The position numbers and the translations under genes were made by a program. Below the pieces are notes generated by a model. It searched no databases. It was not told where the DNA came from and was given only the letters and a program-made list of their open reading frames with translations. A DNA stretch of 57,414 bases from an uncultured Pseudomonadota bacterium (lineage in GTDB: Bacteria > Babelota > Babeliae > Babelales > RVW-14). The DNA is taken from positions 1-57,414 of the forward strand of contig CAYMBP010000006.1 of assembly GCA_964388745.1 (NCBI GenBank), in the 5' to 3' direction. Shown piece after piece: positions 1-10,242 of the stretch. Position 1 is the stretch's first letter. Every line of letters begins with the position of its first letter.

Positions 1-392
1 ATGGAGAATATTCAGCTGGATATTGCTTTCTCTGCATGAAAAGTATCCTAGAAAGGCTTGGGCAGAATTACCTTAGCCATAGTTTAAGAGGTTATACTGT
101 CAATAGAGCGCACTACACTGCACGCTTTTTTTATCATTAATACAGTAGCATATATAAGCAATAATGGCAATTTCAAGGCAAATGCGACCCAAAAAACTAT
201 CAATTAGAAATAATTAATAATATATAAAAAAAGACGTCGTCTCTGAATGCATAAGCAGCCCATGTTGAACGCAGATTGCCAACTATCGCTTCATTTATAA
301 CACCACTTGATGACAATCACTTGATCTATTTTCTTTCATTATAATTAAGAAGCTTTTTTCAAGAATAAAAATAAAAACCTCTATCCAAAAAA

Positions 393-1157
393 TTAAACGA
401 TAACAAGCTTTTTAAATTCTTCAAAAACTTCTTCTGGCGTCTTGTTATCTGCAAGAATCGCATCAAGATCACGGCCTCGCGATTTAAAATGCTCCTTTAT
501 TAATAAACTTCCTTGCTGATAGACAGCAAACCGTTCTTTAATTACTTCAGGAACATCATCTTGGCGACGAATTAATTTTGCCTTACATGAATCACAGGTT
601 TGCTCTTTACTCAAGTTACTAACCGTATGGGGCCTTTGGCAAGATTTTTCAGAGCAAATCATTCGAGAAGAGAGACGATTCACAATGGTATCAGCCGAAA
701 GATTAAGCTCTACAACCTTAAATGTGTAGTCTGACGCACAATCAAGCAACATCTCATCAAGATCCTGTGCTTGTCCAACGGTTCGAGGATAACCATCTAA
801 AATAATTGGTGTACCATCTGCATTTTCTTTTAACCAATCTCTAACCATTGCTGAAATAATAGAATCTGGAACAAGGAGCCCCTTGTCCAAGCACTCTCTC
901 ATTTCTCGACCAATTGCATTATCTTTTTCTTTATAAATCCTGCATAAATTCCCTGTTGAAATAATTTTGAATCCAAGCTCTTGGGCTGCTTGAAGAGAAA
1001 CAGTCCCTTTTCCTCCTCCAGGAGGAGCTATAAACGTAATAAGGGTATGTGACAACTGACGCGACATAGCAGATTCTTTCTTATGAGGAGAAAATAAATA
1101 CTGATAGGTTACCACTGAAAAGAAAAAAACAATTAAAATTCCGATGATTTTTTTCAT
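393..1157 (-). CDS. adk: Adenylate kinase (Zn-type LID) with ~30-aa N-terminal hydrophobic extension
   Basis: P-loop APPGGGKGT, ISTGNLCR, GLLVPD, ILDGYPRT, LID with CSEKSC...CDSC, RRQDD. Alternative start at ATG 1067. Confidence 0.92.
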   Translation of the reverse strand: MKKIIGILIVFFFSVVTYQYLFSPHKKESAMSRQLSHTLITFIAPPGGGKGTVSLQAAQELGFKIISTGNLCRIYKEKDNAIGREMRECLDKGLLVPDSIISAMVRDWLKENADGTPIILDGYPRTVGQAQDLDEMLLDCASDYTFKVVELNLSADTIVNRLSSRMICSEKSCQRPHTVSNLSKEQTCDSCKAKLIRRQDDVPEVIKERFAVYQQGSLLIKEHFKSRGRDLDAILADNKTPEEVFEEFKKLVIV

Positions 1158-1401
1158 AATAATTGTACCATTTTTCTAAAAATTAGTGAGTCCTTTGTGC
1201 AATGCCATAAGCTTAAGCTCTTGTCTCCTGTTATAGCATATAAATTAAAAAAGAGAAAAATAATATAATTAAGCATTGTACTGAGCTATCCATTAAGAGA
1301 TAAAAAGATAGGTTACGTTAATTCAAAAGTGACTAAAAGTCAAATTATGTTATTATAATGAAAAAGTATAAGGAGTAATCTAAAAAATATAAGTGGTGCT
1401 A

Positions 1402-2520
1402 ATGAAGTTTTTTTTCTTGAACATTATTTTATGCTTTTATCTGACTTCAAGGCCTTCTCTCGTTTTATGTAAAGAAATACAGCTTTATCGCTCACTTCCT
1501 GAAGAATGGCTATCATTTGACACTTGGTCCCCTAAAAAGCAAAAAAAATTTTTTAATAAATATTGTTGCCATAGCTATCGATTCTTAATTGCCTATATGT
1601 TTCCCCAGAGTTCTTCTGAAATTAATAGAAATTTATGCTGTATTCAATTACCGAATAATCAATATCAAAAAAAAAATGTTTTAGTTGCAGGTTATCAGGC
1701 TTTAGGAAGCAATCATTATATTATTAAATTATATGATATTGATTCAGAAAATTTCGACGTTATTAAACAAATTAAAGTAAAGGCAAGTGAATGCATTTCT
1801 TTTGATTGTATAAAATATGCACAATTAACGGCACTTGCACTTAGTGATTGTGGAGTAATATACATTGCTGAATACTTTATTCGGTCCTGTTCATTTTGCC
1901 TGGGAAATATCAGTAGTTATGATGTAACAACCGATTCGCACAAACGCAACATTCATACAGTCTCATTACCTATAACGGCAATGGCTTGTATGCCTGGAAC
2001 ATATAAAACCTTAGCAATTTCATGTTGGAATAACTCTACGCATTTTGCACATATTGCTGATCAATACTCAAAAAAAGAAGTCTCTTTTCAAAAAGAGCCA
2101 ATTATTGAGCTTTGTTATACTGCAAACAAACAGTTAAGAGGAAGAGGTATAAAATACACTTATTCTATAACAAACCCTGAAATCATTAATGAGTTAGAAG
2201 AAAAATCTTGGAGTCTGCCTCATAACCGATTTATTCTTGTTAAGCGAGTAGGCTATTACCCCCTTAACCTTCAATGGTCTATCGTTGACGCAGACTCAAA
2301 ACCAAAAGATTCACTACTTGTAATTGCAGTTGCACTGCAAGTTTATGGATTGATTGAGCACCTTAATGGCAACATTGAAAAAGCAAAAAAGTTTATTCAT
2401 AAAAGTTATATTCCATTATTGCGAAAAATTCCTTTTCCTTGCACAACAATACAACAGCTCCTTGACCTTATTGATGCAGATGAAAACATAGTTGATCTAG
2501 GCATAGCTTATGGCGGTTAG
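1402..2520 (+). CDS. Hypothetical exported protein, possible degenerate WD40/beta-propeller segments
   Basis: 375-aa ORF (GTG 1393 or ATG 1402) with signal-like N-terminus. LTALALSDCG and ITAMACMPGTYKTLAISCWNN resemble WD40 blades. Confidence 0.5.
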   Translation: MKFFFLNIILCFYLTSRPSLVLCKEIQLYRSLPEEWLSFDTWSPKKQKKFFNKYCCHSYRFLIAYMFPQSSSEINRNLCCIQLPNNQYQKKNVLVAGYQALGSNHYIIKLYDIDSENFDVIKQIKVKASECISFDCIKYAQLTALALSDCGVIYIAEYFIRSCSFCLGNISSYDVTTDSHKRNIHTVSLPITAMACMPGTYKTLAISCWNNSTHFAHIADQYSKKEVSFQKEPIIELCYTANKQLRGRGIKYTYSITNPEIINELEEKSWSLPHNRFILVKRVGYYPLNLQWSIVDADSKPKDSLLVIAVALQVYGLIEHLNGNIEKAKKFIHKSYIPLLRKIPFPCTTIQQLLDLIDADENIVDLGIAYGG

Positions 2521-2610
2521 CCTTATACAAAATAAAAGAACAATGAAGTAGGTATTATTTGAGCATTATTCCATTTTTCTAAAATACGATCAAGCAAAAG
2601 GAGATATCGT

Positions 2611-3570
2611 ATGTTTTATTTGCATATCTATTATGCTTTTCTTTTTTTTGGATATATTTGTGCTGTCAACAATCTTCAAGCACACCTTAATGGCCGCACG
2701 GGCAATTTTCCTATTGAGGTTGATAACACTTACTCTTTTTCTAATGGTGAATATGCTTTAGGGTATGTCAAATTTGAAAATGGATTTGACGTGCCAACAA
2801 ATGGCACGGTTATTCTTGGTGTTAATAAAATAGTAAATGGACCTATTAACTTTAATAATGGAACTATTATTTTAGAAAAAAATATTACCTTAGGAAATGA
2901 CGTTACCTTTAATGGAGATGGTTATATAAAAACAAATGGAAACACTATCTTTTTGCAGGGCCCGCTCAATCTTTTTGACAACTATTTTTTTTCTGATCAA
3001 GTTATTTTTAATGGCCTAGGCACAGGTTTTTTAGCCTGTAGAATTGGTTCTCATTTATTGATAACAGAAAACACGATAGCTTTTATTCATATGAATATAT
3101 TGCTTAACGCTGCCAATAGAATCGTTTTTAATGGTGTTGATGATAGGATTGTTGAATTATCACATGTTACATTAAGTATTATTTCTGGGGATTTTAATGT
3201 TGATCGCTTAAATATTGCAGGGATATGCTCTTTAGAAGGCCAGATACCAACTTATACGGTACTGGATACAGTTTTTGTTGGAGGAGGTGCTCGGTTAACT
3301 ATTGACACTTTTATGCAATTATCAACTCCGCAAATTATTTTAGATCAACGTGAAGCTGAAGTGGTATTATCAAATGCAACAATGGTATTTACAAATACTC
3401 CTACAACAGATTATGCAATTGATAGAGTAGGAAAGTTTTTTATCGAAGGCCAATCAATATTTAAAACATTAAATACTGAACTCATAGATGTTCATCCTGG
3501 AATAAAGTTATTAATAAGAAACGGCTCTCGCCTTGAATTAGAATCAGGCCTACATTTAAAAATTAATTAA
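2611..3570 (+). CDS. Hypothetical secreted beta-strand-rich (beta-helix/adhesin-like) protein
   Basis: AAGGAG RBS, signal-like N-terminus, repetitive G/N/T/I-rich strands (GPINFNNGTIILEKNITLG). Confidence 0.55.
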   Translation: MFYLHIYYAFLFFGYICAVNNLQAHLNGRTGNFPIEVDNTYSFSNGEYALGYVKFENGFDVPTNGTVILGVNKIVNGPINFNNGTIILEKNITLGNDVTFNGDGYIKTNGNTIFLQGPLNLFDNYFFSDQVIFNGLGTGFLACRIGSHLLITENTIAFIHMNILLNAANRIVFNGVDDRIVELSHVTLSIISGDFNVDRLNIAGICSLEGQIPTYTVLDTVFVGGGARLTIDTFMQLSTPQIILDQREAEVVLSNATMVFTNTPTTDYAIDRVGKFFIEGQSIFKTLNTELIDVHPGIKLLIRNGSRLELESGLHLKIN

Positions 3571-3620
3571 TGATTTATCTTATACAAAGATACTAAAACA
3601 ATTTCACTTACACAAATATG

Positions 3621-3667
3621 TATGCTATACGAGTGAGTTCACTTTGTGAACTCACTCGTATAGCATA
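3621..3667. repeat. Perfect 22-bp inverted repeat with 3-nt loop (terminator-like or cruciform)
   Basis: TATGCTATACGAGTGAGTTCAC-TTT-GTGAACTCACTCGTATAGCATA. Confidence 0.85.
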
Positions 3668-3866
3668 TAAGAAAATACTTATGAACAAATAACCTGAACA
3701 ACCCTTAAAAAAATTTGCTCTAGTTAACAAAGCACCTGACGGACGTCACTTCAACCTGAAATGAATGTCAAGCTTCACTATTGACTCCTCTCTCATTCTG
3801 ATACAGAATAAAGTAATTGCTTGTTTATCACTAGTCTCATGCTCCTTTAGCGCTGGATTCACTTTT

Positions 3867-6221
3867 ATGAAATTATCACTTGCCTGGATTTTTGATCACA
3901 TTGATGCCGATTGGAAAAATTATAATATTGATGAGATTGTTACTCGATTTAATGCTGTAACAGCTGAAATAGAAGGCATTCATCCCTATGTTGCAGAACT
4001 TGAAAACATAGCATTCGCACGTATTGAGAGCAAAGAGAGTGACCGCTGTCAAATTCTTATTCCTGAATGGAATAAGGAGTACGACCTGCCCAATCGAGAA
4101 GATGCACAAGAAAAACAGTTTTTCATGGTAAAAAAAGAAAAACAACGCATCACTTGGGCAACACTTGCTGACTTCAAATTAGACAAGCTCGGCTTTATGC
4201 CAGCTTTTGATATCACTCTTGACCAAGCAAAAGGCTCGTGGAGAAAATTATTTGAAGCTGAAGACATTATCATAGATGTCGATAACAAATCAATTACCCA
4301 TCGACCAGATATGTGGGGACACCGAGGATTTGCACGAGAAATTGCTGCATTTATGGATTTATCATTTAAAGATTCATCCCAATTTTTAAGCGAACACACA
4401 ACTCGACAATTTGATAAAATTTCAGAATCAACACCAAAAAATCCGTTTATTATTGACAATCAAGCACCAAAAGAATGTGCACGTTTTTGTGGATTGTACC
4501 TGCCCTCTATTAAACAACGCCCATCATCATTACTTATAACAAGCCGCTTAATAAAAGTCGGATCTCGCCCTGTTAATGGAATTATTGATATCACAAACTA
4601 TGTGATGCTTGATTGGTCACAGCCTGTTCATGCATACGATGCATCTCGTATTACAAATCAAAAAATACTTATCCGCCATGCAAAAGAAAAAGAATCTCTT
4701 ACATTATTAGGAGACATTGAGTTACCACTAACCAACCATGATCTTGTGATTGCTGACAGCACTAAACCGCTTTGTCTTGCGGGTGTTAAAGGTGGAAAGT
4801 ATGACTCAATTTTACCAAGCACCACATCTATTTTTTTTGAAGCAGCAAACTTTGATGCAGCAACCGTCCGCCGTACAGCATTTCGCCATAAAACCAGAAC
4901 AGAGTCTTCTGCCCGCTTTGAAAAAACGCTCAATATTCACCAAACAGTTGAAGCAACCTTTAGATTTAAAAAATTGCTTGCAGATTGCAATATTGAAGCA
5001 AGCTTTTCTGATGAAATCATCGTAATAGGCAATACTCCTCAATCAACGACCATTACATTAAATCACCACTTTTTAGAAAGCCGATCTGGTATTCGCCTAG
5101 GCCATGAAGAAGTAGTTAATTCATTAACCAAACTAGGCTTCACAGTAAATGAGCAGAGTAAAGGGAATGACTATATATATAAAGTTAAAGTTCCTCCATA
5201 CCGAGCATCAAAAGATATAAAAACCAAAGAAGATATTTTAGAAGAGGTTGTTCGCTCATATGGTTTTGAAAAGATTCCTTTACACTTACCTCATATTTAC
5301 AGAAAACCTTTTGACACGACTTCTCTCACGCGATTAAGAAAAATTAAGCAATATTGGGCATACAGTGCCCACATGACAGAACAGCAAAATTATAGCTTGT
5401 ATGATGAAGCCTTTTTAGCTGAACATAATCTTAATCTTACATGTCCAATTGCCATTTTAAATCCCGTTTCTGAAAATATGCATCGCCTTATTAGCAGTCT
5501 AGTTCCCGGTTTACTTAAAAATGTACAAGAAAACCATGTACAAAAAGAACTCTCTTCTTTTTTTGAATGTGGACGAGTTTGGCAAGGAACTACTGAAGAG
5601 GTAAAAGAGCTTAAAGCTCTTGCCGGCATTGCTGTAAGCAAAACAGTATCACTCAACTTTTATGATTACAAACAACACCTTATCTCATTATTTAATTTAC
5701 TCAATCTTGATACTGATACATTAATCTGGCAACAAGAACAAGTTGCTCCTGCTAGTTGGTACACTCCTTATCAAACAGCTAGTATTCATCACCAAGGATT
5801 ACCTATTGGGCACCTTGGCAAAATAGACAATATTCTTCTTAATCAACTAGGCTTACCAAATGCTCATGGCTATATCTTTGAAGTCAACCTTGAACACTTA
5901 CTTTCAACTCCATACAAAAAACTTACAATGCAACCTCTTTCAAAATTTCAAGATACTTATTTTGATATTAGTCTATTAGTACCTCTACGCGTAACTACAG
6001 CATCACTTCATACGCTTTTTGAACAGACTGATGCAATAGTCACAAAAACAGAACTCGTTGACTTTTTTGAACGAGAAGAATGGGACGATGTTCGCTCTCT
6101 TACTTTTAGATTTTGGCTCAATCATAAAGAGCGTACATTAGAAAAAGATGAGATTGAAAACGTTCGGGCAAGCATTATTACTGTTGCTCAAGCTCATGGT
6201 GCAACCTTACGAGCAGTTTAG
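3867..6221 (+). CDS. pheT: Phenylalanine--tRNA ligase beta subunit
   Basis: Starts MKLSLAWI at 3867. Motifs NKSITHRPDMWGHRGFARE, DITNYVML..QPVHAYD, FFEAANF, RFEK, DILEEVVRSYG, and C-terminal FDX-ACB domain. Confidence 0.95.
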   Translation: MKLSLAWIFDHIDADWKNYNIDEIVTRFNAVTAEIEGIHPYVAELENIAFARIESKESDRCQILIPEWNKEYDLPNREDAQEKQFFMVKKEKQRITWATLADFKLDKLGFMPAFDITLDQAKGSWRKLFEAEDIIIDVDNKSITHRPDMWGHRGFAREIAAFMDLSFKDSSQFLSEHTTRQFDKISESTPKNPFIIDNQAPKECARFCGLYLPSIKQRPSSLLITSRLIKVGSRPVNGIIDITNYVMLDWSQPVHAYDASRITNQKILIRHAKEKESLTLLGDIELPLTNHDLVIADSTKPLCLAGVKGGKYDSILPSTTSIFFEAANFDAATVRRTAFRHKTRTESSARFEKTLNIHQTVEATFRFKKLLADCNIEASFSDEIIVIGNTPQSTTITLNHHFLESRSGIRLGHEEVVNSLTKLGFTVNEQSKGNDYIYKVKVPPYRASKDIKTKEDILEEVVRSYGFEKIPLHLPHIYRKPFDTTSLTRLRKIKQYWAYSAHMTEQQNYSLYDEAFLAEHNLNLTCPIAILNPVSENMHRLISSLVPGLLKNVQENHVQKELSSFFECGRVWQGTTEEVKELKALAGIAVSKTVSLNFYDYKQHLISLFNLLNLDTDTLIWQQEQVAPASWYTPYQTASIHHQGLPIGHLGKIDNILLNQLGLPNAHGYIFEVNLEHLLSTPYKKLTMQPLSKFQDTYFDISLLVPLRVTTASLHTLFEQTDAIVTKTELVDFFEREEWDDVRSLTFRFWLNHKERTLEKDEIENVRASIITVAQAHGATLRAV

Positions 6222-6227
6222 GAAAAT

Positions 6228-6686
6228 ATGAATCGAAAATTACTTACCTATTCAAGCCTTTTTTTTACATGTTTACTTATTGATCGAATAACTAAGGCTT
6301 TTGCTGTATCTCATTTTAAAGAACAGGGGCTGACTCTTTTCCCAGGCTTTAATTTGACACTTATTTTTAATAGGGGTATTTCATGGGGCATGCTCAACTT
6401 TGAATCAACACCTAAATTCAGACTTTTAACACTTCTTATAATAAGTGTAGTTCTTGCTTTTTTATATTTTGCTGTGCAACACTATCAAAAAGATGAGTTC
6501 CTCTTAGGAGAAACTTTAGTTTTAACTGGAGCAATATCCAATATTATTGATCGATTTATCTACGGCGGTGTGGTTGACTTTATTCACATTTCATGGCCTT
6601 TACATTGGCCAGTATTTAACATCGCAGATAGTTTTATTGTTGTGGGTATCGGGTTAATCCTTTATAAACAATGGCGAACACTATGA
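6228..6686 (+). CDS. lspA: Lipoprotein signal peptidase II
   Basis: NRGISWG, GAISNIIDR, VVDFI, FNIAD motifs. Confidence 0.95.
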   Translation: MNRKLLTYSSLFFTCLLIDRITKAFAVSHFKEQGLTLFPGFNLTLIFNRGISWGMLNFESTPKFRLLTLLIISVVLAFLYFAVQHYQKDEFLLGETLVLTGAISNIIDRFIYGGVVDFIHISWPLHWPVFNIADSFIVVGIGLILYKQWRTL

Positions 6687-7159
6687 ATATAAAAAACTAT
6701 TGCCTTATGATTGCAACATGTGGAAATATGGGCAATTTCCGTCTTGGAGGACTTCTCGCTTCATTACTTGCCTACCCTATTATTTTTGGAATGAAAGCTC
6801 TCTACTGGATTGATCCTCACCTTGCAAGTATTGTCACAACAGTTTTAATCTTTATCTCCCTAGTCATTGTTCATATTGCAGTCAATACTATCTCAGAAGA
6901 AGATACTTCCATGATTGTTATTGACCGAGTTGTCGGGCTATCACTAGCATTTATGTATGTTCCTTTTACCTTCAAATTTATACTTGTTGGTTTCATTTTT
7001 TTTCACTTACTTTATAACCTTTACCCAATTATCATTGAAAATAGTCTGAACCTTAATGTTGAATCTTTACCCTCTTTGCTCTCTGTCAGCAGCGCAAGTA
7101 TCTTATCTGGTATTAGTGTTCAGCTCTTTTTTAGACTTATGATGTGGATAGTGCACTAA
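6683..7159 (+). CDS. PgpA-like (phosphatidylglycerophosphatase A family) membrane protein, divergent
   Basis: IATCGNMG..GGLLASL and DTSMIVIDRVVG match the PgpA layout. ATGA overlap with lspA. Confidence 0.6.
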   Translation: MNIKNYCLMIATCGNMGNFRLGGLLASLLAYPIIFGMKALYWIDPHLASIVTTVLIFISLVIVHIAVNTISEEDTSMIVIDRVVGLSLAFMYVPFTFKFILVGFIFFHLLYNLYPIIIENSLNLNVESLPSLLSVSSASILSGISVQLFFRLMMWIVH

Positions 7160-7162
7160 TTT

Positions 7163-7822
7163 ATGTTACAATCATTTTTTAAAGAAGCCTTGCATCTCAT
7201 TTTTCCTCCTCAATGCCATACATGCAAAAAACCACTACTAACACAGACAATCTGTCTCTCTTGTCACGAAATGATAACTCCTATTGCAACAGGCTCATAC
7301 TCACTAACCAAAAGCAAACAATTAAGTGTCTATGCCCTTGGTCATTATGAAACAACGCTCAAAAAGCTTATATTAAAAAAATTGATTTCTGATGATAAAG
7401 CAGCTTATATCATAGGTCATCTTATGGCCGAAGGCTTTCCGTTTGAACAAGCAAAACCAGATTTTTTATTACCAGTTCCTTTACACTGGAAACGCTATGC
7501 ACAAAGAGGATATAATCAATCTGTTGAAATTGCTCGTGTTATTGGCAAGCAGCATAACATTCCTGTTTTGCCTTTAATTATGAGGAAAAAAGCAACATTA
7601 TTTCAAAGCAGCCTTTCAAAAGAAGAGCGTTTTTCAAACATGCAGGAAGCCTTCTCTTTTAATCCATGGTATAAAAAAAGCAAATCTCTTATTGCCAATA
7701 AAAAAATTGTGTTAATCGATGACCTCTGCACTACAGGCTCCACACTTGTTCGCTGCGCACAAAAGCTACTCCCTCTTAAGCCTAAGTCAATTATAGGTCT
7801 TGTTGCAGCTCGGGCACCATAA
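7163..7822 (+). CDS. comF: ComF family protein (Zn finger + PRTase domain)
   Basis: CHTC..CLSC, PVPLH..R..RGYNQ, LIDDLCTTGST. Confidence 0.9.
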   Translation: MLQSFFKEALHLIFPPQCHTCKKPLLTQTICLSCHEMITPIATGSYSLTKSKQLSVYALGHYETTLKKLILKKLISDDKAAYIIGHLMAEGFPFEQAKPDFLLPVPLHWKRYAQRGYNQSVEIARVIGKQHNIPVLPLIMRKKATLFQSSLSKEERFSNMQEAFSFNPWYKKSKSLIANKKIVLIDDLCTTGSTLVRCAQKLLPLKPKSIIGLVAARAP

Positions 7823-8306
7823 ATTCCGCTTCAACAAAAGAATCAAAATGAATTTTTTTATCAGAAGTAGTTAAACAAAAAGAGCCTGCTTGCTGCTGAC
7901 CGTATAGGTGCGTAATCAAAACTGGCTCATCTGAAATAACTTTACCACTATTAAAATCTCCAATAAGAGATACCCCTTCAATCTTCATATCATTATAATT
8001 TAAATGCACTCCCCCATGCATCACCACCTTATTCTCCGTTTGAAAAAAATCAGCATAACCAGCAGATAAAAAAAATGGACCCTCTTTACTTTGATCTACC
8101 CAGACAATCTCAAGTTTAAAATTTCTCATACGAGCAAAGGGGGAAGACTCACCCGTTAAAATAACACTTTTTGCATCTTTTTCTTCTTGATACACTTGCG
8201 AAAAATGACTAAATAAAAAATACATACTTACAAATACAAACATTAAACAAAATGAGCAGCCAAGAACTGCACCAAACAGCTCTCTATAATTATTTGGTGC
8301 TACCAT
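7791..8306 (-). CDS. lptC: LPS export ABC transporter periplasmic protein LptC-like
   Basis: Single N-terminal TM followed by beta-jellyroll-like strands (VISDEPVLI). Directly downstream of kdsC, as in conserved kdsC-lptC operons. Confidence 0.6.
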   Translation of the reverse strand: MVAPNNYRELFGAVLGCSFCLMFVFVSMYFLFSHFSQVYQEEKDAKSVILTGESSPFARMRNFKLEIVWVDQSKEGPFFLSAGYADFFQTENKVVMHGGVHLNYNDMKIEGVSLIGDFNSGKVISDEPVLITHLYGQQQAGSFCLTTSDKKIHFDSFVEAEFMVPELQQDL

Positions 8307-8940
8307 AATCTGACACAACGTCTGATTGTCTTGTATGTTCTTTGATATTTTCTGTGCCAAGTGATTTGGCAATCAAGCTTTGAGCATAGTGTTTATTTTG
8401 GATATAAAGCAAAAAATCAATAAATAATCTAAGGGCATGATGTCCACCATGCCGAGGAATAATAATATCTGCATCAGACTGAATATAGAAGGGAGTATTT
8501 TGAGGAACAACGAATAACATATCGCTCATTGCCTCTTTCACTTGCCAATCAATAAGATCATCACCAAACATAACTACTTGATGCAAGTCAAGATTATAAG
8601 TCTTCATTAATGAATTAATTGCTTGCGGTTTTTCTATACATTTTTGAAAACAGAGATCATGAGGAATTTGAAGAGCTGACCCTCGCACCAACAAAGAATT
8701 ATGTTCTTTGCCACTCATTAAACTAATCATTAATCCTTGACGCATCGCCATTATAATACCATATCCATCAAGAAGGGAAAAATGGCGCCCTTCTTCGTTT
8801 TCATGTGTTGTATAAATGTGACCATCGGTCAAGGATCCATCAACATCACATACTATGAGTTTTACTTTTTTAAGCTTTTGTACAAGCGGCCTATTGTTTA
8901 AGTGTTGAATAAACCAATCACGCTCATATTGTGCATCCAT
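8290..8940 (-). CDS. kdsC: KDO 8-phosphate phosphatase (KdsC/YrbI HAD family)
   Basis: CDVDGSLTDG, FSLLDGYGI, FGDDLID, GGHHALR. Confidence 0.85.
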   Translation of the reverse strand: MDAQYERDWFIQHLNNRPLVQKLKKVKLIVCDVDGSLTDGHIYTTHENEEGRHFSLLDGYGIIMAMRQGLMISLMSGKEHNSLLVRGSALQIPHDLCFQKCIEKPQAINSLMKTYNLDLHQVVMFGDDLIDWQVKEAMSDMLFVVPQNTPFYIQSDADIIIPRHGGHHALRLFIDFLLYIQNKHYAQSLIAKSLGTENIKEHTRQSDVVSDYGSTK

Positions 8941-9050
8941 AAACTACGCCTCCTTATTAATCAGAACAATGTCATTTATTTTTTTCAGTATACGGAGAAA
9001 AATAAACTGATCAATAAATATAGTCCGAACAACACTATAACAAAAGATCG

Positions 9051-9752
9051 TCACTCAAGCTCTTTTAGAACAGTCATTGCTTCATGATAATCATCAATTG
9101 CATGATGAGCATAACGACGGGATTCTTTATTAATTGCATTTTTAATAGCAATACACTTCATGCCAGCAGCATGTGCCGCTTTAAACCCATAAATTGAATC
9201 TTCAAAAACCACACATTGCTCTGGCTTTACCCCTAGCTGCTCAGCTGCATGAATAAATAGTGCAGGATCAGGTTTTGTTTTATTATTCACATGAATAGGA
9301 CAATACAAGTGTGTTCCAAAAAATTTATCAAGATGAAGGCGCTGATTCAACTGATTAAGATTCTCATGACTAGCATTAGTCGCAATACTTGTTGGCATAC
9401 CATGAGAGACAAGGCTTGTATGAAAAAGCTCGAATCCCTTAATAAAAGGAATCTTTTGAACAAAATACTCATTTGCTAATTTTCGTTTAAAATCGACAAG
9501 ATGCTCAACGGACTCTTTAATATTAAAATGATCACGCAAGGCAACAATAGCCTCAACTAAACCAATACCTGATAAACTCTCAAAAAACTGACTATGCTCT
9601 TCTGGATTAAATTTAACATCATGATCGTGAAGAAGACGGTAAGTTATCACTTGCCAAACCTGCTCTGTATCAAGAACAGTTCCATCCATATCAAAAATTA
9701 CTGCTTTAAATTTACGCCGTATATTAAGCATATCTTGCTCAGTTAGCACCAT
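9051..9752 (-). CDS. HAD-IA family phosphatase (beta-PGM/CbbY-like)
   Basis: FDMDGTVLDTE, IATN, KPDP, FEDS..G..AA..AGM. Confidence 0.9.
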   Translation of the reverse strand: MVLTEQDMLNIRRKFKAVIFDMDGTVLDTEQVWQVITYRLLHDHDVKFNPEEHSQFFESLSGIGLVEAIVALRDHFNIKESVEHLVDFKRKLANEYFVQKIPFIKGFELFHTSLVSHGMPTSIATNASHENLNQLNQRLHLDKFFGTHLYCPIHVNNKTKPDPALFIHAAEQLGVKPEQCVVFEDSIYGFKAAHAAGMKCIAIKNAINKESRRYAHHAIDDYHEAMTVLKELE

Positions 9753-10242
9753 TGAATACCCTTTCAATTGAGATAAAGCAATACTTTTTGTTGATACAGT
9801 GTATAATCACGCCTACAAAGCAACAACGCAAGCAACCTCAAATAATTGCTTTAAAGCTTACTACACCTTGTATCAACAACAATATTTGCCTTACAGTAAA
9901 ATAATCTACTAAGCAAACGCTTTAGTTTTTATTCTTTTTCATTGTAAAAAAAAGAATAAAAACATGCAATCTTGTAAAATAAGAATCTTTTATTTTCAAC
10001 TTCCAAATATGCAATAAGTTTTTATCAAGACTATCTATAGCAAAAAGCATTTTAATATACACAAATACTAAGATCATCCTGAACTCTACTGCCAGGCTCA
10101 ATCACTCAGTGACGCCCAGCCAAACTCCAAAGTAGTTGTAACCAAACAAAGACAAGGAAGCAACAATGCAGATGAATTTTTGAATAACAACGTTGAGAAA
10201 ACAAACCAAGCAATGCTTAAAGCATCTGACTATAATATTAAA

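Noticed and set aside
1-140. Open plus-strand frame at the window start (GEYSAGYCFLC...FYH*)
   Set aside because: Too short and truncated to support a call.
3765-3866. 34-aa N-terminal extension of PheT in the ORF track
   Set aside because: The conserved PheT start is MKLSLAW at 3867, so the extension is probably untranslated.
3876-5656. Short antisense or alternate-frame ORFs inside pheT (likewise inside nrdA, NTTs, uvrB, tkt, leuS, murA)
   Set aside because: Shadow ORFs of well-supported genes with no motifs.
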